From assembly GCA_039190745.1 (NCBI GenBank), contig JBCCXZ010000012.1, positions 8,978-72,977 of the forward strand: a DNA stretch of 64,000 nucleotides, read 5' to 3'. Shown in pieces: positions 19,833 to 28,998 of the stretch (positions within the stretch are counted from its first letter, which is position 1; each line of letters starts with the position of its first letter). Position numbers and translations under genes: made by a program. Origin of the DNA: Planctomycetota bacterium. GTDB lineage: Bacteria; Planctomycetota; Planctomycetia; Pirellulales; Lacipirellulaceae. Under the pieces are notes generated by a model that saw only the letters and a list, made by a program, of their open reading frames with translations, did not search any database and had not been told where the DNA came from.

Positions 19833-21103
19833 GCCGACTGTTCACGAGCACGACCCGGGCGCCGCGGCCGCGAACCAAGCGTTCGTTGGCGGATTGGCTG
19901 AAGTGGGTCGCCCTCGAAGACCATTGTGAATGGGCCAACCGCTACGTGGCGTGGCTGAAGACCCCGCTCGGCGTCCTCCTGGTCGGGGCATTTGTCTCGC
20001 TACTCAGCGGCCTGTTCGTTGCGCCGCAAGGGTTCGCGCTGCTGGCCGGCATCGTGATGGTCATCGCGGTTGGGCTCGCGTGGCCGTGGATCGCAATGCG
20101 GGGCATTCACGCGCAGCTTGAGTTCGCCTCTCGGCGAGGCCGTGAGGGAAAACCAACGGTCGCCAAGTTTGTTGTCAGCAACCGGTGGCCCTGGCCAGTC
20201 TGGGGACTCGCTGTTGACGACCCGTTCACTGCCGACTCCTCGGAAGCGGCGGCACTGGCCCGCATCGACGGCTGGTCGCGGGCAACCTTCGATTGCACGT
20301 TCACTCCCTCAATGCGGGGCGCATACCCCCGGAAGAGTGTCCTCATCGGCACTGCCTTCCCTTTCGGCCTCTGGCGGGCATCGCGGCCTGTGAAGTCGGA
20401 AAAGCGTCTTATCGTTTGGCCGCAGACGTTTTGGCTCCCGCCGCTGGGCGACAGCAGCAGCCGCGTCGACTGGCGAGGCGTGCTCTCAGAAGACCGCGCA
20501 GGCGCGGAAGGCTTCCGGCTCGGCACGCGAGAGCATCGGCACGGCGATACGCTCCGCGACGTGCACTGGGCCAAGAGCGCACGCTACGACCGACTGATCG
20601 TGAGCGAACGCGAGGCTTCGGTTGTCCCTGAAATTGCCGTGTTCGTAGATACCGACCCAGCGAGGCACTCAGCGGCGGGCGGCGACTCGACCCTCGAGTG
20701 GTCGCTGCGCATCGCGGCGAGTATCTGTGAGTCGGTGGTTGAGAAACAGGGGGGCGTTCAGCTTTGGCTAGGGAATAAAAGGGTCTGTGCCCACTCGACC
20801 GAACTGCACCTGCAGCGGCTTTTGGATGAAATCGCTCTGTTGCATCAGGACGGCGCGGAATCGTCACAATCCGGCGGCGCACCGCAACTCAGCAACGCGC
20901 CCGGCATCCGCGTCTCGATCGGCACGCACCTGAGCCCGATCCGAACCAACCGGGCGATTGTCTTGAGCGGCTATGGATTCGGAGGAAAACAAGAGCGGGA
21001 CGACATCAACGGCTGGATCGTTGTCGACACGCCCGAGGACGTAGCCGACCAGATTCTCAAAGGCTGGCGGAACGGCACGCGGAGGGTCAGCCGTGCCCGT
21101 TAG
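19829..21103 (+). CDS. DUF58 domain protein
   Basis: FPFGLW, REHRHGDTLRDVHWAKSAR, LRIAASI. Confidence 0.85.
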   Translation: MSRLFTSTTRAPRPRTKRSLADWLKWVALEDHCEWANRYVAWLKTPLGVLLVGAFVSLLSGLFVAPQGFALLAGIVMVIAVGLAWPWIAMRGIHAQLEFASRRGREGKPTVAKFVVSNRWPWPVWGLAVDDPFTADSSEAAALARIDGWSRATFDCTFTPSMRGAYPRKSVLIGTAFPFGLWRASRPVKSEKRLIVWPQTFWLPPLGDSSSRVDWRGVLSEDRAGAEGFRLGTREHRHGDTLRDVHWAKSARYDRLIVSEREASVVPEIAVFVDTDPARHSAAGGDSTLEWSLRIAASICESVVEKQGGVQLWLGNKRVCAHSTELHLQRLLDEIALLHQDGAESSQSGGAPQLSNAPGIRVSIGTHLSPIRTNRAIVLSGYGFGGKQERDDINGWIVVDTPEDVADQILKGWRNGTRRVSRAR

Positions 21104-23372
21104 CCAGCACCTTAGCCGTGTCACTGTGGTGCTGGTTCTGATCGCGACCGCGCTCTTGCAATTTGCGCTAGACGGTCGCGGGGTGCACGATGGCCCTGCG
21201 TTGCTGGCCGTCTCCGTCGGAGGCGCGGTCTTCGTGGGGATGCTCGCCCGACGGCGTCGCTGGTCGGATTGGAACCTCGGCGCAGTTCTAAGCGTGCTCG
21301 CCCTTGCGTTGCTCCCCATCGTCTGGGATGGGGCCGCGCGGGTTTCCACACGGTTCGGCAACCCCTACGAAGTGCAGTTAGCGTGCGTTCTCCGGAACGC
21401 GATGCTCGGCTTGGCCGCAACGCCCCGCCTGCCGCGGGCCACGATCCAAGCCGCTTTCGCGAGCTTCTTCTTGGTCGTGTTCGGCTTCCTGTGGGCGACA
21501 GACTTCTGGTCTATCGGGCTGTTGGTCGCCTACTCGGCCGTCGGCGCGTGGTGGCTCTTCGCCGCGTACTGGGAAGGCCTCGGCGGACGGTTTGCCGACT
21601 CTTCAGAGCGTGCCGTCCCGGTGCGGCCAGCCCTCGCGGTCATCGCGTGCCTGGTGTTGTTGGCGTTGGCCGCGGCCCCCTTGGCGAGCCGGTCGAAAGC
21701 CACCACGGCCCTCGCCGGTTTCTTCCCGAGCTCCGGCGGGACGTTCTGGAACGACCCGTACGCGCAGGGAGGCGTCGGGGACGGCGATCAGATGGTTGCG
21801 GCGAAAGACCAGGCATCCGGCTTCGGACCGATCGATACCGATCTGTTCCTCGAATCAGAAATGCCGAGCCTCTACGACAGCTTTAGCGAGTTTTCCGAGG
21901 CGGAACCGGTCAAGAAGAAGCGCGTGCGGCGTGCCATACCGCTGGCGCCGTCCCAGATGCAGAGCAACCACAAGCGGCGCGGGCTCACGCAGCAATCCAC
22001 CCGCGAGTTTGATACGGTCCGCCAAAACACGGCGCAGACCCCGGAGACCAAAGACCGGCTATCGGCGGCCTTGTTGCTGGTGAAGGGGCAAACCCCGCTG
22101 CACCTGGCGTTGGAGACCTACGACCGCTGGGACGGCCGTTCGCTCATTGCCAGCAGCGAGCAGGCACCGCTGGAGACCAAGCTCCGCAACGCGGAAGAGG
22201 GCGGCCTCCGCTGGCTCGACCTTTCGATCACGCTGCCGAGTGACTGCTTTACGTCCTCTAGCCGGAACCAGGTGCGCATCGTCAATCTCAAGACAAAGCG
22301 GGTGCCAACACCCGCCGGAACGAGGAGCGTTACGCTCAGCCGGCTTCACTCGGGCTCGATGTTCACATTTGCCGACGACGGTTCTCTGGCGATGGCGGTC
22401 GACCACGTCCCTCAGCTTACAATCTTCGAGTTCGAAGCCGGGCTCCGCGACAGGCACTCGACCCTCCAAATGGAGCAGTCGGCCCCAGAGGCAAGCGACG
22501 ACGCGGCCACCCTCCTAGCCCGTGAGTGGGTGCGCGGCGTCCCCGCAGGATGGCCGCAAGTTGAGGCAGTGGTCGCTCGCCTGCGGCAAGACTACACACA
22601 CGACCAGACCGCAATGGTTCCCAGCGATGCAGAAGACTCCGTAGAGTACTTCCTGAGCAATTCCAAGCGGGGTCCAGACTTTCTGTTCGCCGCCTCCGCC
22701 GCGGTGATGCTGCGGTCCCTGGGGTACGACACCCGAGTGCGGAGCGGGTTCTACGCCAACCCCGACCGATTCGAGCGCAACTCTGACTTGACCCCGGTCG
22801 TCGCCGAAGACGCCCACTTCTGGGTTGAGGTCCGCACCAGTAACGGGCTGCGGGTGACGAAAGGCGGTGAGAAACTAGCCGGCGTTTGGGCGACGGTTGA
22901 ACCCACCCCGGGATACGAGTTGCTTTACGCCCCGGAAACGCTGCTGACCCGCTTTCGGCGAACGGTCGTGGCTTGCTTGTTGTTGCTCGCAGCCTACCCG
23001 ATCGTTTCTTGCTCTGTACTGATCGTCGCTGGCGTGGCTTTAGCGACCCGGCGCAGGTTGTTCGACGCGACGCTCGTGGGTTGGTGGTCGGTCCTTTCAC
23101 GAGGGGCCAAGGCAGACCGGCTGGCTCGGCTAACGCTCCGCTTGCTGCAGTGGCGTGCGTGGGCTCATCGGCAGAGTCGCCCGATCGGGACCCCCCTTGG
23201 AAAATGGGAAACACTTTACGCCCACGGCGACTTCGTCGCCCTCGCCTCGTGGGCGCTCTACGGCGAGGGCACACCGGCCCCCTTGCGGCCGCAGTGCGCC
23301 CGCCGAGCCTGCTGGGATGCAATCCGAACACCTTTGCCACGAGCGGGTAGGCCGCAGGAAGGCCAACGATGA
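21093..23372 (+). CDS. Membrane-anchored transglutaminase-like protein (catalytic Cys absent)
   Basis: N-terminal TMs; RGPDFLFAASAAVMLRSLG, DAHFWVEV, VEPTPG. Confidence 0.8.
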   Translation: MPVSQHLSRVTVVLVLIATALLQFALDGRGVHDGPALLAVSVGGAVFVGMLARRRRWSDWNLGAVLSVLALALLPIVWDGAARVSTRFGNPYEVQLACVLRNAMLGLAATPRLPRATIQAAFASFFLVVFGFLWATDFWSIGLLVAYSAVGAWWLFAAYWEGLGGRFADSSERAVPVRPALAVIACLVLLALAAAPLASRSKATTALAGFFPSSGGTFWNDPYAQGGVGDGDQMVAAKDQASGFGPIDTDLFLESEMPSLYDSFSEFSEAEPVKKKRVRRAIPLAPSQMQSNHKRRGLTQQSTREFDTVRQNTAQTPETKDRLSAALLLVKGQTPLHLALETYDRWDGRSLIASSEQAPLETKLRNAEEGGLRWLDLSITLPSDCFTSSSRNQVRIVNLKTKRVPTPAGTRSVTLSRLHSGSMFTFADDGSLAMAVDHVPQLTIFEFEAGLRDRHSTLQMEQSAPEASDDAATLLAREWVRGVPAGWPQVEAVVARLRQDYTHDQTAMVPSDAEDSVEYFLSNSKRGPDFLFAASAAVMLRSLGYDTRVRSGFYANPDRFERNSDLTPVVAEDAHFWVEVRTSNGLRVTKGGEKLAGVWATVEPTPGYELLYAPETLLTRFRRTVVACLLLLAAYPIVSCSVLIVAGVALATRRRLFDATLVGWWSVLSRGAKADRLARLTLRLLQWRAWAHRQSRPIGTPLGKWETLYAHGDFVALASWALYGEGTPAPLRPQCARRACWDAIRTPLPRAGRPQEGQR

Positions 23373-24328
23373 AGACTCTCGCCGAAACTTCGAGAATCGA
23401 GCACAACGCCGATCACGGGATCGTCGAAGAACTGCGTACCGAGTTGAACCAAGCGTTGCGTGGCAAAGCGGATGTCGTCGAGATGGTCCTTGCCTGCCTG
23501 CTGGCAAAAGGGCACCTGCTCTTGGAGGACCTGCCCGGTCTGGGCAAGACTACACTCGCCAAAGCCCTCGCGCACGCGGTTGGCGGCAGGTACTCCCGCG
23601 TCCAGTGCACGCCCGACCTGATGCCGAGCGACATCACGGGCTTCAACCTGCTGAACCAGAAGACCAGAGAGTTTGAGTTCAGCGAAGGCCCGGTGTTTAC
23701 CGACGTGCTGCTCGCTGATGAAATCAACCGAGCTACGCCGCGCACCCAGAGTGCGCTCTTCGAGGCGATGGCCGAACGTCAAGTCACCATCGACCGCGAA
23801 CGCCGCCTGCTGCCGAGCACATTCTTCGTTATCGCGACGCAGAACCCTATCGAGAGCCACGGAGCTTACCCCCTCCCGGAGGCGCAGCTCGACCGCTTTG
23901 CGATGAAGCTGTCGATCGGTTACCCCGACCCCGAGAGCGAACTGGCGATGCTCCAAGACGATGCGGCTACTGGAGGCGACAACGAAGAACGGTCGGCGGT
24001 CGTCGCCCCCGTCGCCCTTGGGGAACTCCAGGAGCACGCCCAGGCCACTATCGTCAGCGAAAAGGTCCAGCAGTACCTCGTCGCCATCGCGAGCGAGACC
24101 CGCGAGAACGAACACGTGACGCTCGGGCTCAGCCCCAGAGGGGTCCTCACCTGGCAACGAGTCGCGCAAGCGCGGGCTTTCCTCCAAGGCCGCAACTTCG
24201 TCACGCCCGACGACATACAAGACGTTGCCGGTCCGGTGCTGCGTGTCCGGCTCGCCGGCGACTTCCCGGACGCAGACTCGTTCATCAAAGACCTGCTGGC
24301 ACGCACGCCGGCGCCGACATTCGATTAG
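23369..24328 (+). CDS. MoxR-family AAA+ ATPase
   Basis: EDLPGLGKT, TPDLMPSDITG, LADEINRATPRTQSAL, YPLPEAQLDRF. Confidence 0.95.
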   Translation: MKTLAETSRIEHNADHGIVEELRTELNQALRGKADVVEMVLACLLAKGHLLLEDLPGLGKTTLAKALAHAVGGRYSRVQCTPDLMPSDITGFNLLNQKTREFEFSEGPVFTDVLLADEINRATPRTQSALFEAMAERQVTIDRERRLLPSTFFVIATQNPIESHGAYPLPEAQLDRFAMKLSIGYPDPESELAMLQDDAATGGDNEERSAVVAPVALGELQEHAQATIVSEKVQQYLVAIASETRENEHVTLGLSPRGVLTWQRVAQARAFLQGRNFVTPDDIQDVAGPVLRVRLAGDFPDADSFIKDLLARTPAPTFD

Positions 24329-24361
24329 CCCACTTCTTTACCCTTCTCAACAGAGCCTGCC

Positions 24362-24988
24362 GTGTTGCCAATAAGACTAATCCACAGATTCTGCCTGTTT
24401 ACCGCGACTTCGGTTTGCCTCGCGTCGCTCGCCGGCTGCGGAACCAGCGGAGAGAGCGATTCCGAGCACTCGCACGGCCACGAGCATGACCACGACCACG
24501 GTCACAGCCACCGCCCGGAGTCGCTCCACGAAGCGGTCGCAGAGCTCGAAAGCCTTAGCGAGGCCATCCGGACGGCCATCGTTGACGGCGATCCGAAGGA
24601 CGCCCACGACCCGCTGCACGAGATCGGATATCTGCTCGAAGCGATCCCGGATGTCGCCGCAGAGACGGACCTGCCAGAAGAAGAATGGAACGCCGTGAAA
24701 GCCGCGAGCGAGCAGCTGTTCGATGCTTTCGCCGAGATCGACAAGACTTACCACGTCGAGGACGGAGACAAGCAGGCGGTTTACGAAGACGTCTCCGCTG
24801 GTGTAGACGAGGCCATCGAGGAAATCCGCTCGCGGCTGCCGCTCACTGGCGAGAAGCCTGATGCCAGTGACCACGATCACAGTGACCACGATCACGACGG
24901 CCACAGCCACGACGACGGCCACGATCACGGTAGCGGGGACGAAGGCGAGGCCTCCGGGTCGGATGAGCGAGCCGAGGACTCGGAATGA
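24362..24988 (+). CDS. His/Asp-rich lipoprotein, probable metal binder
   Basis: LAGC lipobox; HSHGHEHDHDHGHSH and DHDHSDHDHDGHSHDDGHDH. Confidence 0.8.
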   Translation: MLPIRLIHRFCLFTATSVCLASLAGCGTSGESDSEHSHGHEHDHDHGHSHRPESLHEAVAELESLSEAIRTAIVDGDPKDAHDPLHEIGYLLEAIPDVAAETDLPEEEWNAVKAASEQLFDAFAEIDKTYHVEDGDKQAVYEDVSAGVDEAIEEIRSRLPLTGEKPDASDHDHSDHDHDGHSHDDGHDHGSGDEGEASGSDERAEDSE

Positions 24989-26541
24989 GCGGCGCCGTCG
25001 AGGCGGTATTCTGGGGCGGGCTGCTCCGCTTTGCTCAAGCGACGCTCGCCGCCGCCCCGACCCTCTTGGTCGGGCTTGTTGTGGCCGGGGTCTTCCGGAA
25101 ACTGCTCGGCCCCGATGCGACGCGCAAAGCATTCGGCGGCGACTCTTGGCGTAGCCTCCCACAAGCGTGGCTCTGGGGAATGCTATTGCCGGTCTGCTCT
25201 CTCGGGGTGATCCCCGTCGCGTACGAACTAAGGCGCTCAGGCCTCTCAGGAGGGACGATCCTTGCCTTCTGCCTCACAGCGCCGCTCTTCAACCCGCTGT
25301 CCTTGCTCTACGGGCTGACACTTTCGTCTCCAACGGTGCTGATGGCCTTCGCGTTCGCATCGCTCTTGGTGGTCACCGTTGTTGGATTCACCTGGGACCG
25401 GTTGTTCCCTCACACTGCACAGCCTCCGTGCGAGGAACCCGCGGTGCCCCCGGGCTTGGGCAGGATCCTCTCGGTAGGTATGGCGTCCGCGAGGCACGCG
25501 GCCGGCCCGACACTCCTGTATTGTCTCATCGGGCTCTCGGGCAGCATGCTGCTGACGGTCATCTTCCCGCACGGGAGCCTGACCGACTCGATGGCCCACA
25601 CCGACCGAACCGCCCCACTGCAGATGCTACGGGTCGCGATCCCGGCCTACGCCACGCCGCTGAACGTCATGATGCAAGTCGGCGGAATGTTCGTTCACGG
25701 AAACTCGGTCGGAGCCGCCTACGTTCTGCTCGCCCTCGGCGCCGGCGCGAATCTCGGGCTCATCGCCTGGGCTTGGCGGACCTACGGCTTCGGCCGCGCT
25801 GCTACGTTCCTCTCGCTGCTGATTGCGGTCGTCATGGTCATCGCTTACGCGGTCGAGGACCCCCTGTACTCGGCCGGCTCGGTCGAGCACCCGCACACCC
25901 ATGCGTTCGACGTGTACGCTTGCCCGTTCCGTGCGGGCTCACGGAACCTTGCTGATCGGGCCCGGCGGCTACTCGCAGACGATATGCCGATGTACGAGCT
26001 TATCTCGCTAGCCGCGGTCGCAACCTTTGTGGCGTCAGGGCTTGGGCTGCGGCGGTTCGATCCAGAAGGGCAGATCGAAGCCTCGCTGGCCAGCCGGGCA
26101 CAGCCCGCAGAAGACGCACCGAAGTCGGTCTTGAACGCGGAGGTGCCGGGCCCGGTGCTCGGCGGCGTCGCGATCGCGGGCCTCGTCGCCCTGAGCATCG
26201 TGGGTTGCTTTATCTTCTACCCAGCTCCCGAAGAGACGCTGGAGGAAATGAGGTACGTCCGGGCCGACTTGTGGTCTTACGCCGCCTCGAAGGACGTGGA
26301 GAACACCGGCAGGTGCATCCAACGGTACGACGACCTTACCCGCAGGCTGCAGGTCGGCTACTACCTGCGCACCCTCACGCTCACCGAGTTCCAGCAGTCC
26401 AAAGCACGCGTCCTGCGGGGGCGACTGGAACAGCTGAAAGACGTTGTCGAGGCGGGCGAGTTCGACCGGGTACGAGAACTCAACACACGCGTGAGCGACG
26501 CCCACCAGAGAGTCCGCGAGGCGTTTGAAGGCAACGAGTAA
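24985..26541 (+). CDS. Second DUF318-like permease with C-terminal helical domain
   Basis: LLPVCSLGVIP, AFCLTAPLFNP, EHPHTHAFD. Confidence 0.8.
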   Translation: MSGAVEAVFWGGLLRFAQATLAAAPTLLVGLVVAGVFRKLLGPDATRKAFGGDSWRSLPQAWLWGMLLPVCSLGVIPVAYELRRSGLSGGTILAFCLTAPLFNPLSLLYGLTLSSPTVLMAFAFASLLVVTVVGFTWDRLFPHTAQPPCEEPAVPPGLGRILSVGMASARHAAGPTLLYCLIGLSGSMLLTVIFPHGSLTDSMAHTDRTAPLQMLRVAIPAYATPLNVMMQVGGMFVHGNSVGAAYVLLALGAGANLGLIAWAWRTYGFGRAATFLSLLIAVVMVIAYAVEDPLYSAGSVEHPHTHAFDVYACPFRAGSRNLADRARRLLADDMPMYELISLAAVATFVASGLGLRRFDPEGQIEASLASRAQPAEDAPKSVLNAEVPGPVLGGVAIAGLVALSIVGCFIFYPAPEETLEEMRYVRADLWSYAASKDVENTGRCIQRYDDLTRRLQVGYYLRTLTLTEFQQSKARVLRGRLEQLKDVVEAGEFDRVRELNTRVSDAHQRVREAFEGNE

Positions 26542-26627
26542 TCGCGGCTAGAGCGCACAACACCGAAGCGTAGCGGCTTCTCCGTCGGAACAGTCGGCGA
26601 AAACATCGCCGTCGACGCTACACGTAT

Positions 26628-27065
26628 GTGCGACTCGCACTAATGGTAACTAGCACCTTGTTGCTTCCACGGTTCGGCGTTGTGGGCAGCATGGCGTCGG
26701 CGAGCGTCGTGAACGCATTGCTCGGCGTCTGCACGTTAGGCATGCACCGCGTCGGAAAACTAGCAGGTGCAGCACGACGCGACAGGAGCGGCGCCAGGTG
26801 CTCTTGCCGATGCTGCTGCACCCCAAGCCGGAGCGGGTCCGCTGCATCGGTCTGGCAACGGGGATCTCCGCCGGAGCGGCTATCGATCTCTCGCCAACGT
26901 GCGAGTTGACCGCGATTGAGATTTCGCCGTCGGTCACCGAAACGGCCAAACTCCTTATCGACGAATTCAACGCGGAGCTACCCAAGAGCCTACGAGGCAA
27001 GTTAATCGTGCAAGATAGTCGAACTTACATCGCTGCTTGCGTCAACCAGTACGACGTTATCCGTA
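26628..27065 (+). pseudogene. Remnant of a fused MFS/spermidine-synthase-like methyltransferase gene
   Basis: Two frames: LLLPRFGVVGS...VNALLG, then LLHPKPERVRCIGLATGISAG...AIEISP...DSRTYI...YDVI, after which similarity stops. Confidence 0.65.
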
Positions 27066-27402
27066 CCGCCCATAAGGCGCCGGCGAAGGGCGCCTCTACG
27101 GAGTTGAGCACTGCGCCGCCAAGTTTCTGCAGGGGTATCCTTCCGCGGAGCTCATCCGGGGGAAGGCCAGAACACCTTGCCACAATTAATCATTCACTGA
27201 TCTCCGCAAGGCGAGATTCGTTGGACTCTACGAGGCAACACGGACTTAAGCTTGCCTAGGCAAACACAGTTGTGCTGATGCGTTTTCATGCAAAGCAAGA
27301 TACGGCAACATTGGCGCCACGAACAAAACAACAGGGGCAATAACGCCGCGCGGTTTGGGAGGAAAACTAAGCACAGGCCGCTATGGTCACCGTCACTTCC
27401 CG

Positions 27403-28998
27403 CTAGTTTGAGGCATCCGCCGACAGTTCAAGCACGACGCACGACGAAACAGAATCGCCAACCGCTTGCAGTCGATCGGCCAAGGGCTTTGCGTCGCCAC
27501 CGACCTTGAGCGTTGCGGGGACTTCCTCCGGCGTCACCGGCGTGCCTGTGAGCTCCTCGACCGCGGCGGCGTCTTGCACCGTTAAAATCGGCCCCAGCGT
27601 GAGCCTCGTCAGCCCGTTCGTTTTGAGATAGCCCCGGTTCGCTGCCAGCCGATTACCCGAGATGGTTGCGGTGGTCGCCTGCTCGTAAGTGTCGCCCCGG
27701 GCGGCCCGTTTGTCATGGTCGTCCAGCCGTTTCTCGGAGACCTCAAACGCGTAGTCGCCGTTTGAGACGCACGTGTTGTCCTGAACGAACACCCGTCGGC
27801 TGTTGCGGATGCGCACGCCGGACTTCTTGTTGCCGACAATCATGTTGCCCGCGATCACATTGTCGGAACTCTCGTAAACCGCGACGCCTTGGTTGTTCAA
27901 ATAGGCCCTGTTGTCGACGACGACGTTGCCGGTGCACTCGCGGTCGAGCATGATCCCCGAGCCTGCGTTGCGGTGCGATTCATTCGCAAAGATAAAGCTG
28001 TCCGAGACGCCCCGGGAGCCGATGATCCCGTGCCGCTCGACCGTCCCGGAAACGTTGTTCTGGGCGATGATCAGCCGGGTCGACCGGTCGTGGGGGTCGA
28101 TCCCGTACTTGACGCAATCGCGGTACCGATTCCCAACGATCGCCACGTCGCGGGCCTCGTACGAATAAAAGCCGTAGAAGAGCCGTCGGAATTCATTGCC
28201 CACGAGAACCCCCGTCGGCCAGTCGTCGTTGACGCCCCCCCGCTCACGCTCGGGTTCGCTTGAGAGGCTGATCCCATACGACGTCGGGGCCGCGTAGCCC
28301 AAGTCCTGGAAGACGCTGTCGAGCAGCACGGTGTGCGAACGGATGTGCGACGCGAGATAAGGGCGGAAATGCTTGGGGTCAGACAGAGGGGTTGCCGCTC
28401 CCGAGTCTTCGTCCCAGGACGTGACCAACGAATCCACAACCCACAGCGTCCCTGCGTTGATCACAAACGCCCCGTCGCCCGTCGACAGCCGCAATTCTCG
28501 CGTGTTCGAGCCGTTCACCACGAGGGTTGCGCCAGGCTGGATCAGTAGCGGCAGCCGCAGGGTCGCAACGCCCGCCTCCGACGAGGCAACCAGCGGGTCG
28601 TTGACCTGGGCTATCAACTCGCTGAGGGTGAGTGTCCCGCTCTGCGCGGCTAGCGCACGCAGGTCTTCGGTTCCCTGCCGCTCGACCAAATCGGCACGCC
28701 TGTTCGATTGGAGCGACTCCTCAAGAAAATCATCTCCGTCTGCCGCTATGAGACCCGCCACACCGTCCGAACCTGAGGGGAGGCCCCGGCGGACTGCAGC
28801 AGGCTCGAAAAGAGCGAGGTCCGGCAACTCGACATCCGGAGCCGCATAGACCTGGTCGCACGGGGCAACCACGTACTTCGATTCTTGGGCGAGCGCCGCC
28901 GGCTCGAAACCGCGACACGCCGTGGCGACCAGCAGCACAACCAACACCCGACCGCACGCACAGCCGCGTCGGGAGGACCCCGCAGGGGTTTCACTCAT
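27403..28998 (-). CDS. AlgG-like mannuronan C-5 epimerase (right-handed beta-helix)
   Basis: RLPLLIQPGATL, FRPYL, SYGIS, YGFYSYEA, YGIDPHDRS, HGIIGSR, GSGIMLDR; signal peptide. Confidence 0.8.
   Translation of the reverse strand: MSETPAGSSRRGCACGRVLVVLLVATACRGFEPAALAQESKYVVAPCDQVYAAPDVELPDLALFEPAAVRRGLPSGSDGVAGLIAADGDDFLEESLQSNRRADLVERQGTEDLRALAAQSGTLTLSELIAQVNDPLVASSEAGVATLRLPLLIQPGATLVVNGSNTRELRLSTGDGAFVINAGTLWVVDSLVTSWDEDSGAATPLSDPKHFRPYLASHIRSHTVLLDSVFQDLGYAAPTSYGISLSSEPERERGGVNDDWPTGVLVGNEFRRLFYGFYSYEARDVAIVGNRYRDCVKYGIDPHDRSTRLIIAQNNVSGTVERHGIIGSRGVSDSFIFANESHRNAGSGIMLDRECTGNVVVDNRAYLNNQGVAVYESSDNVIAGNMIVGNKKSGVRIRNSRRVFVQDNTCVSNGDYAFEVSEKRLDDHDKRAARGDTYEQATTATISGNRLAANRGYLKTNGLTRLTLGPILTVQDAAAVEELTGTPVTPEEVPATLKVGGDAKPLADRLQAVGDSVSSCVVLELSADASN

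Noticed and set aside
15296..27400. Integrative element at tRNA-Leu
   Set aside because: No integrase and no duplicated tRNA 3' end found by eye; kept only as a weak inference.
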